From positions 20,094,451 through 20,158,450 of the forward strand of contig OZ316894.1 in NCBI GenBank assembly GCA_973895155.1: a stretch of 64,000 nt of DNA, in the 5' to 3' direction. This document shows, one piece after another, positions 11,783 through 24,500 of the stretch (position 1 is its first letter; each line of letters opens with the position of its first letter). The translations under genes were made by a program, and so were the position numbers. The notes below the pieces were generated by a model. It was not told where the DNA came from. It searched no databases and saw only the letters and a list, made by a program, of their open reading frames with translations. Source of the stretch: Marsupella aquatica. Its lineage: Eukaryota; Plantae; Marchantiophyta.

Positions 11783-14700
11783 ATGCCGATGGAGGCTCTT
11801 GCTCCTCAGGACACTTCTCCTCTGGCTGATTTGGGCGTCCCTAAGGAGGTGAAGCAGATCGCATCCTGGGATGCTCCCAGACAAGTGACTGCTCCGGTGC
11901 ATGTAGCAGCAGAGCCTGAAATAAACCTCACAAAGATAGAGACGGAGTTTCTAGAGATTCTTCAGGAGCAAGTTGAGTCTCATAGGATCGACGAAGGGGC
12001 TCAAGAATATGAGTGGCACTTGTTTTTGAGGAACCTCTCGCCCCTGACTCCAACCGAGTGTACTGACATGGACGAAAATGGGCCCCTACAAGAGGGAGAT
12101 CCAAGTTGTGAAGATCCTTCCCTCGGTGAATGGGAGTCGCTCTTGGACAGGCTTTCAAAGCTGGAAACCTCCGTAGTACAGCAAATTCTTGGACACATTG
12201 AGTCTGATGTTCTTCAAGGAATGGTCCGATTTATGCACCTTCGGATAACCCGAGACACATCTGGAGGAGCTCCTTGCGAGGACTCCATTGCCCTGCCTAA
12301 CGAAGAGGTTCCTCTTAGTAATCCTCCCAATGAACCACTTCAAGAAGAACCCGAGACAATACAGTCCGTACCAGAATTGGATTCGAACACAGAATCTGTA
12401 ATGGAGGAGTTTCCTATTCTCGGGAAACATGGAATGGATTGGCTCCGTTGGCCCCAAGGAAGCAAGACCCGACCCCGGTCCGAATCCGTACAGCCCACAT
12501 ACTTTTTCCGGACAGGTGAGCAAGCCAACCGGGATCCGCTTGGACATTCATCACATCAAATCGAGTCAAAGCTTGAGGGAACTCTCCAGGTGTTTCAGCA
12601 GCAGTTGACGCCACAGAGCCTGCCTATGACATTGTCCCAAATTCCGGAACGAGGCAAATCAGGCATTTTCGAGCAGCCGGAGCACGACACGGACTTAAAG
12701 CCAGAGCGAGACTCTCAGGTGCGGGTGCCACAGGACTTGCTTCCAAAAACACCCTCACAAGGAGAGTCAGATCAAGAGGAAGTTCACGTAGAACAGACTG
12801 AGTCAGAGCCAGAGCTAGTCTCCGACAGGCCGGACACTGGACCGCAGCATCTTACCGATTCGGATTCTTGCAGGATATGCTCCCAAGGAATCGAGTCACA
12901 GCTTGCAGAGCTTCCGAGCCAGATTGCTTCCACTTTATTCATGAGAACTCCCCTAACTATGGATTCGAATCTACTCCATCAACTGTTCAGGCAGATTGAT
13001 CAGATTCTGTTTCAGGTAATGCCCAAGCAGAACAAGGCTCATGTGCACTGGCACGTGCCTCCAGATTGTTCTCTTCGGAGACACCTCGATGACGGTGTGG
13101 ATCCCCAATACTCTGAACTGAATGAACTGGAAGTGTTTAATCCTCAACATCGGCGTCAATTCCAGTCCGTTACCAAAGTTCGAGAAAATCTTCAGCAGAC
13201 TGCACAAGTAAATGTGCTCGCCAATCACTTAGGACGGACAGAATTGGATCAAATGTGTTGGCAAGGAAATCAGTCCCTCAATTGTCAAGACGTGCACTCC
13301 AGCAGTGCTTTTTGCCAGCACAGTCCTTGCCTACGGTCTGCTGTGTTTAAATACTCTGCAGCAGTACCCAACCACTTAGAGCTCTTACCCGACCTCATGC
13401 TGGACTCCAGTATTAGTGAGAGTCTAAGATGTCCAAAACTAGATGCAATGTCTTTCATCTCCTCTTGTATAGGTGGCGGGACTATTTGGAACCCACAGAT
13501 GATCGTGACAAAGCTACCCTCTTCAACGTATCCATTTCTTCTGGGTAGCTTGCCTCGTCCTGAAATGATCGACGACTTGAAACTACCTCAAGATGACTCA
13601 GACCAAAATATAGCACAAGCGCTCCCAATTGCTGACGAGTTAAACTCAGAGATTTTTCAGGGCATGGACTCGATTCATCACATGTGCGCGGGGTTGCCTC
13701 AGGAGAACCAGCAAGTGCAAAAGCACATGCCCTCACAGACTGACACAGACTTTGCAAATTTGCTACCCCAGGCGTCCGTCGATTCCCCTTTCCAACAGAT
13801 CGATGCAGTAGAACTCCAAGCATTGCGCCAGAATATGTGCTTAACAGTTCTCCAACAGATTGCCAAGCAGGTGGAGTACAACATAAGTCAGGGACTTCCT
13901 CTCGAAATTAATGCGGGCTTACTAGAGGCCCTCGATCTGCAGCCAGAGGATTATTGGCTACAGCCTTCTGGACAGATAACGGAGCCAAACCATGAATATT
14001 TCCAACACTATCCTGATGAATCCTGGGATCTTCAGGACGTAGATATTGACTCAGAAGCCTGCCCAGAAACCTCCCAACAGACTGGAAACTTCAACTACTT
14101 CAGAGAGTCGCATGAAAGTATGTTGAGACAGTCTACTGTAGAGAGTTCCACATCAGGCTGGACAAGTGATCTTAGCGAGACAGAGAGCCCTCCGTCCTAC
14201 ATGGTAGACCCGGCCAGGAAGGTCTACCATCCACATTACAGCTACAAGCACAGCCATGTAGACAGCCTGGGACTGCCAATTCCCCACGGAAAGTTCTTCG
14301 ACGAGTTTGAAGAACTCCACGGGAGTGCTCTGGAGTCTGGCATGCCACTGTATACCCCACCACTGGACTTTTTTGACGACGTTAGCCAATACTTGGACTT
14401 GGCTGACACCGCAGAGGACGATCTTGAAGATGGGTTCGAAAGATCGCCTGACTACATGAGCTCTTTGAATTTGCTCTGGGTGCCCGAGCAGGAGCTGCAG
14501 CAGCAGTCCGAATTCATTCAGTACGAACCAGACGATGAAATTGGTAATGCAATTGATTTCTATTTAGAGGGACTGGCGGGCACTGCCTCGGACTTGATTT
14601 GGTTTCTGGACCCAGACGAGAGTCTCAAGTCAGCTGCAGCTCTCGAAGAACAAGACGACGTCATAGCGAACGATCTTCCATACGATTTGGGTGTCTCAGG

Positions 14701-15559
14701 TGACCTTCAAGTGGATGAGGACTTTTCCGGGTCCTCGGCGGAACACATGTTGGACTCGAATGAGACGGAAGAGCCATTCCTTCAAGGAACTGACTCGAGC
14801 TCAAGGAGTTCTAAAGCCCAGGATGAGAGTGCGACCTCAACCACGACTTGGGATAAGACTGAACAGCTTCAGGCGAACGCACAGCTTGAGCATCTGCGTT
14901 GTGACTGTTATCCACCTCAGCTTCTTGAGGCAGCCGGACTGCAAGACTCACGTGGAGTTCAGCCAGTGCGTCTGCATCAACGAAGGATATCTGTTGAATG
15001 GAACCCACAGATTGCATCCGTCAACTCCATGAATGACTTAGGGGAAAGTGAGTCCAATCCAGCTCCGAATCCAGACCAACATGACGATGGCAGCAAAACT
15101 CCAAACCCAGCTCAAGGAACTCGGAATGACCACCATACTCTCGGCTCGGAAATTTCTGAAGGACCTCAAATGAATGCGACAAGCTCTGAAAGGCAATCAT
15201 CACCAGGGCAAGGCAATGGAACGCCTCCACAAATTAACACAAGCGCAGGAACTGACGAACGTGTGGAGGATCAAGGAGCTTCAGCACCGGACTCACCGGC
15301 ACTGAGCTCTTCCGTGGTGGAACTCACAAATGGTAGAACAAATCAGAGGGCTCCCACAGTTTCTCAGTTTCGTGATCCATCTACGTCCGTCCGCCGCACG
15401 ATCGTCGGACTCATGGTTGTCGCAGGCGGCTTGTATTTGGTTGATAATCGGGATGCGATCGAGCAACAATCCGTTTCTGCAGCAGAAGCTGCCGCAGAAG
15501 CGTGGAGATGGCTGGGTAGCTTTCTAATCAGAATGGCCAAAGGAGAATTTGACAACTAA
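11783..15559 (+). CDS. Large acidic, probably disordered orphan protein with a C-terminal hydrophobic anchor (1258 aa, single exon)
   Basis: 3.8-kb uninterrupted ATG-started ORF, far too long for chance; E/D/S/Q/P rich; IVGLMVVAGGLYLV near the C-terminus. No transposon or known domain motifs recognised. Confidence 0.8.
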   Translation: MPMEALAPQDTSPLADLGVPKEVKQIASWDAPRQVTAPVHVAAEPEINLTKIETEFLEILQEQVESHRIDEGAQEYEWHLFLRNLSPLTPTECTDMDENGPLQEGDPSCEDPSLGEWESLLDRLSKLETSVVQQILGHIESDVLQGMVRFMHLRITRDTSGGAPCEDSIALPNEEVPLSNPPNEPLQEEPETIQSVPELDSNTESVMEEFPILGKHGMDWLRWPQGSKTRPRSESVQPTYFFRTGEQANRDPLGHSSHQIESKLEGTLQVFQQQLTPQSLPMTLSQIPERGKSGIFEQPEHDTDLKPERDSQVRVPQDLLPKTPSQGESDQEEVHVEQTESEPELVSDRPDTGPQHLTDSDSCRICSQGIESQLAELPSQIASTLFMRTPLTMDSNLLHQLFRQIDQILFQVMPKQNKAHVHWHVPPDCSLRRHLDDGVDPQYSELNELEVFNPQHRRQFQSVTKVRENLQQTAQVNVLANHLGRTELDQMCWQGNQSLNCQDVHSSSAFCQHSPCLRSAVFKYSAAVPNHLELLPDLMLDSSISESLRCPKLDAMSFISSCIGGGTIWNPQMIVTKLPSSTYPFLLGSLPRPEMIDDLKLPQDDSDQNIAQALPIADELNSEIFQGMDSIHHMCAGLPQENQQVQKHMPSQTDTDFANLLPQASVDSPFQQIDAVELQALRQNMCLTVLQQIAKQVEYNISQGLPLEINAGLLEALDLQPEDYWLQPSGQITEPNHEYFQHYPDESWDLQDVDIDSEACPETSQQTGNFNYFRESHESMLRQSTVESSTSGWTSDLSETESPPSYMVDPARKVYHPHYSYKHSHVDSLGLPIPHGKFFDEFEELHGSALESGMPLYTPPLDFFDDVSQYLDLADTAEDDLEDGFERSPDYMSSLNLLWVPEQELQQQSEFIQYEPDDEIGNAIDFYLEGLAGTASDLIWFLDPDESLKSAAALEEQDDVIANDLPYDLGVSGDLQVDEDFSGSSAEHMLDSNETEEPFLQGTDSSSRSSKAQDESATSTTTWDKTEQLQANAQLEHLRCDCYPPQLLEAAGLQDSRGVQPVRLHQRRISVEWNPQIASVNSMNDLGESESNPAPNPDQHDDGSKTPNPAQGTRNDHHTLGSEISEGPQMNATSSERQSSPGQGNGTPPQINTSAGTDERVEDQGASAPDSPALSSSVVELTNGRTNQRAPTVSQFRDPSTSVRRTIVGLMVVAGGLYLVDNRDAIEQQSVSAAEAAAEAWRWLGSFLIRMAKGEFDN

Positions 15560-16366
15560 GTCTCCGAATTTATCTCGAATTGAGTGGCGCTGTAACCGTC
15601 TTACTCAGGCGCTCGATATAGTGGTACAATGATTTGATGCCATGGAATCATCCTGTCAAAACCAATCCCACTATTCCCAGTGTAAACTGATGTGTAGGGA
15701 CGCTGGCTTTCAGCCATGTTGCCTATCCGTTCACTGGGAAACCTTGTCTAGCAATTACTGGCATGGTACATTCGAAGTCTGGGAGTTGCCAAGCTGCGGT
15801 AGAAAACTGTTCAATTCTTGGTCTAGGAGCTTTCGTGTCACTGAGGTCCCATATGAAACACAATAAGCATGTCTCTAAATATGACGACTTATTCCGAATC
15901 TAGCACAGAAAAGGACGTATGAAACGTACTGCCATATCCTCATGGGAAGCTCCGGAACGACGACCCCTTCCACTAGAAGATACTGCTGTGCCAACTTCAG
16001 AGTCCAGCTGTGACTTCTGATTATTTGGCACTGGCCTTGGAAGGCCACTTGTAGAATAAATATGAAGCTAAGAGAACATGTTTCATGTTTAGCAAGGAAT
16101 CCAAACCGACCAGTCTCCCTGGCTCGCAAACTGGGAGCATAGCAAATGCAAAAACGTCTCCTGAGAGTTGGCTCATGAAATGTGACATTTCCAATTCAGT
16201 AAGGTCAATGCGGGGAGTTGCCTTCGTCTCTCCGGAGAGACCATGATTCCATGTCCAGCAAGCATTCATAAAACACCAGTCCGGCTCGGAAACTGAACAT
16301 TGCAAACGCAAAGATGATACTCGCTTTCTAAGAGTGGGTGTATGAAATGAGATTTTAAACCACTTA

Positions 16367-19300
16367 TCAAGTTGGAATAGACACCTTCATAGAAGGTTCC
16401 AAAGTTCTAGAATTTTTAGGAGGCAAGACATGATAATGCATGATCCGACAATCAATCCCACCAACACTAACTGGCCATTTTTTATCGGCCTTCATGTGCA
16501 TTGCATGAGTGACAGTCGAGTTCCCACTAAGCACATAAACATCTGCATGACTGCAATGAGTTTTCAAAAACCTGCCTAAAGCCTGCCAGGTTGTGATTAG
16601 AGATTGGTCATCGTCCCGGTCACTGCAATCACAATCACGAAAAAGTTTGTCAATTTCCAGGACAGGACAATAGAACATAAATCGAACATATCTGGAAGTG
16701 AGTCAACTCATTTCAAACTGCACACCAGCTACTACCAAAGACTCCCCTCACGAATATCTGCATGAATTGCTTCCAGGCTTCAACAGAATGACCCTTCGTG
16801 TTCGTCTCCCATGGCCCACTCGATCCATCGCGGACAATTGCTAAAAACTATCCATCAGGACGATGTACCTTTCTCCGAAGCCCCACACTAACTCTCTACT
16901 TACCATCGTTCAGCTAAACGAAACACAGTGCAAGATCATCCGAAGTTCCAAGCTCACAAAGTATTTTCCTCGATCAAGGGGTCTAGCCCAGCACTTTCAG
17001 GACTTTGCTGGCAGGAAGCTAAGGCACAATTCCACGGATGTACTTTTTCTTTCAGGAGTCCTTCGGGACGAGATGCTCTGCTGTTTTCACAGATGAGACC
17101 AGTTTTGGTGTGCCCACAAGCACTCTATTTCTCTAGTCTACTATTCGCAGTTTCTCATTCTTCGTTTCGGTTTTACTTCCACATCTACTCACTTATCAAA
17201 AATTGTTATCTCATGGTCTTCGTCCGGTCATGAAAACAACTGAAAAAACAAGTCCAGTAACCTGCGAACCGAATTCCTTTTCCGGTTGAATGTCTTTCCC
17301 TGAGTGAACAAAGAATAAATGACGACAGAACAAACTGACCTGGAATCTCCAAGTCGAGCACCCCAAGGTGGATTCACGACGACGAGCGATGGCGTCGCGG
17401 AAGGAGAGTAGTCCCGGCAGTCTCTGCAGCTAAGTTCGAGCATGGAACGAACGTTCGCTGCCTCCGCGTCTCGCTTACATAGCGACAGAGCCCCTTCATG
17501 AATATCATTTCCAAGCAGTCTCAGCCCTTTCGGCGCAGAGATTTCTGCTGCTATGGCATCCTCCCGGCAAGTTTTCAGCAAGGATGGGTCAAAGTCATGC
17601 CAACGCTGGACACAAACGGAAAACCATCGGATGTATCTTAGACTCTGTCTGAGCAGTAGATACTCGTCTAACTAATTTGTCAACTTCCATTCATGCTTGT
17701 TTGATCCAAGTTCGCCTTATTATCCGAAATATAACGGATGAGAGAGCACATACATAAGTGGCCCTGAAGAGATGTATTTCATTTAACAATTTTCTTCTGA
17801 TATAATCTTGGTAATTTGATGTTGAGGAACTCTGTTGTCAGTTTCTCCAGGAATAATGAGAATTTTGTGAATAAGAATCCATCGAGAAACGCCGAGGAAT
17901 CACTGAAGAGTACGAGTTCGCAAAATCTTACAAATGGCAAAATCAGCCTAGGTGACGGAGCTTAGCGTACCTCAAATGGCCATCTAGAGCGCATCAGGCC
18001 GGGAGCACTGTTCACAGCCATGAGAGCTGCCTCGATGAGTAGCGTCCCGGACCCACACATGGGATCCATCAAAACGCCAGGATTTAAGCCAGGGCCTTTG
18101 TTGGAGGATCCAAGTTCTGGAACCCCACGATTCCAGCCAGCCACAGTGAGCATTGCAGCAGCGATGGCCTCATTAAGACCCGCCTTGTGCATCACGTCCC
18201 TGTAACCTCTCTTATGCAAACTCACACCCGTCATGTCCCTGTAGAGCACCGCATGATCTCGATACAAAGAGAGGAACAACGGCACGTCCGCGCTGGCACC
18301 GCCGTCCTCTGGAGGATCAGGTCGAGAGCCCCCACATGCGTCTTTCACAGCATCGCATATTGCATCCTTAGCTCGAGTCGAAGCGAACATAGAGCTTGTG
18401 ACCCCATCGCAGTCCCAGACGCGACTGCTGACAGAAAATGTCCTAAATGTCCACCGCTGAAGCTGTTTCGTCCTCACACCCTCCGCATCAAGGACACCTT
18501 TCTCTCCATCCCTCCCCGATGATCGCAAAGGCTGTTGTTGCTTCCGAGAAGCGATTTCATCCTATCATTGAATCAAAGCGTGCAATGAATTTATGTGTAC
18601 GATACTGTTTAGCACAGTGGGAACAACAACATGCAATTTGGCGCACTCGTCAGATATATCGTTGTCATGCAAGCTTTAGAAACAGAGTTTTAGGGTGCTG
18701 CATCTGCCCTACGTGTGGCAAAACAATCCTCGTAGTGGAATCCCCATACCTTTCTGGAAACGACAGAATCAGAATCGTCGACGAGGAGTGTCGGCCAGTC
18801 CGCAGCCTGCCGGACAAACTCGTACACGGGATCTTTTGCAATTCTAGTCAATCTCGTTGGCAACAGGCCTGAGGCAAGCTCCAGCAGAACGCGAGTGCCC
18901 GACCTAAGCCACAGATTAGCCAGCACGCCGACGCGTTTGGAGCCCTGAAACGAGACCCCGGCCGATCCCACTTCCACTCGAGTGGCGCCGATCACCGTAG
19001 AGCGCAGCTCTGCGGCCACTATCTCTTCCAGACCTGGCGGACATGTTGCGAAAAACCTTTCCACCTCCTCCTTTCCTCCTCCGGCTCCGGCATTGCTCCG
19101 CTCTTCTCGAACCGTCGTTTTTCTCCAGCTCCCTTCTCCACCATCTCTCCGAGACGGCGGAGATCGAGGCGACCTGGAAGAAGACGATGCCGGCGGTCTT
19201 CGTCCATTGCCTGGAGCGCTCCGCGACAATGACGCCGTGCTGTGGTAATTCGAAGCTCTGTACTCGGAAACCCGGCGTCGCCATTGCCCGAGCTTCCGAT

Positions 19301-19511
19301 CTTTGGAGTTGCGCTCTAGAAGGTCGACGAGGAGCAAATCGGATCTCCTACCAAACGGAGAGGTATTTGTGATGACTCCGGCGACGAATTTGTCGACATT
19401 GTCATGGCATAGTTCCTGCTGCATAAAAGCTCGAGAAGAAGAAGACCTTCCAATCGGCGATGCCGCGGAGTTGCATCGAGCTAGAATCGTTCCTCCGCGG
19501 AGCGCAGCCAT
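16367..19511 (-). CDS. THUMP-domain RlmL/RlmK-like (UPF0020) RNA methyltransferase, ~624 aa, probably organelle-targeted; exons 19511-18750, 18561-17971, 17605-17340, 16622-16367
   Basis: FFATCPPGLEEIVAAEL, ANLWLRSGTRVL, SLHKRGYR, SAM motif DPMCGSGT, catalytic NPPWG; three GT-AG introns keep frame; R/S-rich N-terminus. Confidence 0.9.
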
Positions 19512-19816
19512 TATTTGTATCCTGGGCCGAGGTAAAGCACTCCATTCCTCCCGACTTTGATTGGACAGACTGACGCTTTCGATGCCTGCGAAATCCACCA
19601 GGACGGATGTTATTTACCAGAAACATAGGATATTGAGGTGTTTTAGAGGAATGATGCTCCCATGGACCACAAGGTTGGTAATTGAAACCCTCATGTATCA
19701 CATTTATTAAAACCTTTTAGGGGTTTTAGGGGGAAAATGATGTTCCCATGGACACAACTTAACTTGGTCCTTCAAAATCCCCATCTACAACTATAATAGG
19801 GGTTCCCTCCCTTTTT

Positions 19817-19886
19817 TAGTCCTTCCTCCCAATACAAAAAAGTTATTGGGTTAGTCCTTCCTCCCAATACAAAAAAGTTATTGGGC
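19817..19886. repeat. 35-bp perfect tandem duplication
   Basis: tagtccttcctcccaatacaaaaaagttattggg occurs twice head-to-tail. Confidence 0.85.
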
Positions 19887-22008
19887 TAGAAAGATCCACA
19901 GCCGTTGGATTTGATTAGTTTTTTTCCTTGACCATTGATGGAAAATATGTGCACCCCTGGCACATATGTGCTGCCCCATAAATGCCCCGGCTTTACTCAA
20001 TATGGGCCGGCCCTCCTTGCACAATGCAATGCACCGGCATAGGGCTCGTGTATCATATTTCCCAAAATTTGGTCTTTGAAAATCCCCATGGATCATATTT
20101 CTCAAATTTGAGTTTCATATACCAAAATTGGAGTTTAATTGTAATAAACTTGACGTTCATATATTCCAATATTTTTTAGTTTTGACATGTACCAGAGGAA
20201 TAGGTAAGTTACACTTCTATCAAAGAAATAATGATTTTTGGTTGAGTTATTCATCATGCAATGGAGAGGGGTAAGTTCTATTCCATTAATTTTCATTGCG
20301 TTAATATAAATATTAGGGCTAGTTTTTTTTCAGGTCTCCTCTTTCTCTAGTTGCCTTGCAGGTCAAGAACTATAAATTATAAATTATCTCATGATTAATA
20401 ATCATCCATGGACCACCAAAATGTGGGCTAAGGGAGCACTCTGCCAACATGTTGGTCCATCTGGGCTTCATTTTGGGTTTTAGGGGTAGCATAGAGTTTT
20501 ATCTTAGCCAACTTTTGCCATGTTGGACAAATTTGAGCTTAAAACATAGATGTTTGCCTAATATGGAGCTGATGCAAAAGCTCATCTACCCCAATGGACC
20601 TAGATTTTATCCCCACCCATTCTATGGACTACATATAGTCACCAACCAATTTACACTGATAATAAAAAATGATTAGCTGCTTTTGGAAGAACACTTTTGT
20701 GAAGGACATCCCACTGACCTAGTGTAAATTGATAGTTTTGGGGTAGGCTTTGTGTATCTTGTCTCTAGTCAGCTCAAATGCTTTCTTTCTTTTCCAGCCC
20801 CTAATGGTTGATGGGTCAGCCTCCCCCTGTCCCGTGACAGAAGTTGGGCTTGTTTAGATTGGACTTGGGTTGGGGGAGCTGGTAGGCTGAGAGGGTGTGG
20901 GTCTATCCTGCCTCTATGGCCAGTCTCCAAAGCAGGAGCTGAAGTATCACTAGTGGTTGATGGCGGTATGTAGGGGAGCTGTCAAACGGCTCTACATCAG
21001 CATCTACTTAGGTCCTTACGCACAGCATCAGACAGGACTTTGGTCATATGTCTCTCCTCCACCCATCTTAGAATTGATATTGGACCAGGGTTGGGATTAG
21101 GATTCATGTCTACTATGGATTGTGGAATAGCTTTTGTAACCTCTGCATCTGTTGTGGTGTTAACATACTCATTTGGGTCTGGATTCAGTGCTGTATTTGT
21201 TGGCATAAATACCATCATAGTCTCATAAACATCTTCCTGGAAAGTAGTGGGCAAGCTTCCATCCTTCTTAGTAGACCTAGGCAACTCGAAGTACCCATCA
21301 CCACCAGAGGGGAGTGTGTGCTTGGAAGTCATAAATCTTCTTGAAGTCTCTAAGGAGCTTCTCTCATGTTTTCTTGCATTGCTTCCAGCCCCATTGAACA
21401 TTGTTGGCTTTGCAAACTTTTCAATGTCATTCCACCTGTGTTCGCTGTCCAAATTTGTTCTCTAGATGAGTCCAATTGAGACTGGTCTTGCTGGAATTTC
21501 TTGTTGTCCACAAGAACCAGAAGTTCTCTTGTGTCCCTTTGAGCAATGTTGAGTCTATCCTCTGCCATTTGCAAAGATCATTTAGGATAATGAGTTCAGC
21601 AGTATTGATTTAGGCACATCAATTTACATGTCCATTTGTATAAAGGCCAATTTCCATACCATTTTCAGGTCCAGGTGAGAGAGATGTTGAATATCAACCA
21701 AGCTTTTGCTTACTTCAATCCAGACATGTATATGGTAAGTTTAATTTCTATGATAAAATTGGTTGTGTCCAATGGCCCTACTTCACAGTCAAGTAATACA
21801 AGTCACAACGAAAAGGAAACACAAACATGTAGTACAGTCCAAAGACTATCAAAACATCAATCATAGAGAGCTTTTGTCCATATATGCACGATAACCTCCA
21901 TTATGTGGCCTGAAAACACAAAACAGAGAATTCATAGGATTGGAGACTTAGAAGATTTGAAATTTTACTATTTGATGGTGTTGACTTCAAATGAAGCTTT
22001 ATTAGTTG

Positions 22009-22349
22009 TGTTAGGATTTACTCTTAGGTCTAGAGTTATGATTGTACCGCAGTTAGGGTTAACCTTAGTCGCAGACCAGGTTAGGTTAGTCATGGTGCAC
22101 ACACACTATACCCAAGCGGTGTTTGCTTGGAGAGTGGGAGCTCAGGTTCATTGTTACGGAGCCAGTAGATAGGGAGAGCTTGTGCTATGGATACTTGGTA
22201 TGGCCGGTCGGCCTAGAGTGCAATAAAGCTCTTATGTGTTCCCGTGGACGTAGCCTTATGAGGAGGTGAACCACATATCTCTCTGTGTCGACACTTGTGC
22301 ATTGGATGGTTCATGGGCTTGCCGTTGCAATGGTCGTCTATGCTCAACA
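22009..22349 (+). mobile_element. Solo LTR (copia-like), 341 bp
   Basis: TGTT...AACA termini flanked by 5-bp TSD AGTTG (22004-22008 / 22350-22354); internal GTGGACGTAGC...GAACCAC; high similarity to 52111-52454. Confidence 0.9.
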
Positions 22350-24364
22350 AGTTGAACATTGAATTTCAATTACAATGCCGGATTGGATCAGCGTAGCCCC
22401 TAGCAGAACTCTATATTAGCCTATGGCTCCAGGAACTAAATGAATGGACACTCAATGTGTCCCAATCAAAGTTGCCAAAAAAACAAGCCAGAACACTTCA
22501 CAAGCAAGGATTATTCAGCAAGGTGAGCTATGTTGGAAGCGGCAGCAACAACATCAAAGGAGTTCGAGCAAGGAACGCAGCAACAACAACACGAAATGAT
22601 ACGGCGGGAGCAACAATGTTTCCTGCCTCAAGAATTTCTGCAGTGCAAGCGAGAGTGGGGTGAGGCATCCCAGGAAGGTTGTGAGGTGGGCCGCTTTGCA
22701 GCCCTGGCCTTGAAAGATGACTGTTTGGCGATTACTTCGGGAGCCCTCACCCAGGCTAGCCAGTTTCCTTGTAAACAGAAGGCGGAGGAGGTACACTACA
22801 AGGGGTGAGTGGGCAACCCTTGGTCCTCGCTCCCCACACCCCCTGCTCCTAGGTACGGCTGGTGCATGGCAGCATGCCAAAATTGTTCTTGCGGGGGTCC
22901 ATGCATGCTCACACTCCCTGCCCGTACCTTCATGGATGAGATAGGCACGAGTATGGTTGATGAGGAGGCATCAAAACATGTCATCAAGATATAATCCTTA
23001 GTTATGACAAGGGACAAAGCCTATGGAGGATTTGGTGTGGCATAGTTTTTTATGCTCCCCTCCATTATGTCTTAATTTTCCTGTAGGGTGAAGACAGGTG
23101 GTCTTATGACCTCTCATTGGCAGGCCATGAATTTCATAATGGGATCATTGTGGCTGTTCAACCTCAATGAATTTCATAATGGGGACATTGTGACTGTTCA
23201 ACCCCAAACAAGGGGTGGATCCAATGGCTCTAAACAGGTCACAAATTTACAAATGAATATTGTGTGTCCATAATATATGCAAGGAGGGGGGGGGGGGGGA
23301 GGCAGGCTATGATTGGTTGTTTTGTGGAGTGTGATTGAGAAAGCTATATATTGTAGACACATGCATGCATGTATAAACCAAACCAAACACATCTCAGTTT
23401 TACTCAACAACCAAATGAAGGTTTGCACAAAATTATATCAAGGGCTTCAAGACACGAAATTTTGTACAAAATCATATTAAGGGTTTCAAGATGTGGTTCA
23501 AGACAGGGTACACATGCAATAGATGTGGACAGGAGCTATATTTTGCCTACACATATGGGGGTAATGTGTACAATACATGCAAGCATATCAGGATACCATA
23601 CTTACTGTTTGCATGTACATTTTTTCTCACCCCGAGATAAATATAACAAAGCTCGTTGAAAAAAACATTTTACTCACCTCACATTTTTGCCTCATCTCTA
23701 CATCTGATACAGTCAGCTCTCTCCAAGCGCTCACTCCATACGTGCTTACCCTCAATTAGTGCAGGTCATCCTGTTCTTCCCTTTTTTTATATACACAGGA
23801 TAAGCACTTTTTAGGCTCTATTTCTAAACCCACACACTAAAATCATTTAGTTGAATGACAATTTTATAAGTGCTTACCCTTGATAAATGTCTCTATGCTC
23901 TTATTGGTAGGAGCACAAAATCATGAAATTGCATTTACAGACAAATGCATGTCCATTCTTAGTAGAGTATAGAATGCACTTAAGGAGGGTTGGCACAGAA
24001 ATTAGGGCATGGATACCAAGAGGGTGACTTCACTAACAGAGGGGCTCTAAATTTAACAAAGGAATCTAAAACAAGTGCACTTATCAATAAGTGCACTTTT
24101 AGGGGGGTGGGCTTATCAAGGAATGCAACACCTGCTTTAGTGCATGCCCGAGAGTGTGCACTTAGCGAGAGTTAAGTGTATTCATCTGAACATCTGTTTG
24201 TCACCTCGATATAAACGTGACAAAGCTCATCGAGAAAATTGGAACTAATGAATGGTCAACGCTCTGACAGAGCTGGACTCCTTCTAACATTCACCTTGCG
24301 GGGTTCAAGAGTTTTCTCCTCATTCAACACTGCCAAATCGTGGCTGCCGCTGTCTGATTAAAGC

Positions 24365-24461
24365 TGCTGTCGTATTAAAAACTGACTATTAAAAACCAAA
24401 CGAATTCTCACTACTTAGTGTACAGAACTTCCTGCCAAGGATGTCCGTATAGAGGCTGCTT
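24365..24461 (-). repeat. Tandem duplicate of the last ACLB codons and proximal 3' UTR
   Basis: Minus strand reads KQPLYGHPWQEVLYTK* and aligns with 24462-24554 (KQPLYRHPWEDVLYTKY*). Confidence 0.9.
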
Positions 24462-24500
24462 TGCTGTCCTAATAAAAACTGACTGTCACCGAATGAATTC

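Noticed and set aside
9500-15559. Endogenous virus or operon-like run of + strand ORFs
   Set aside because: No polymerase, capsid, RT, integrase or helicase motifs and no terminal repeats seen.
20700-23030. ORFs of 70-150 aa around the first solo LTR
   Set aside because: Broken frames, probably decayed TE sequence; family not assignable.
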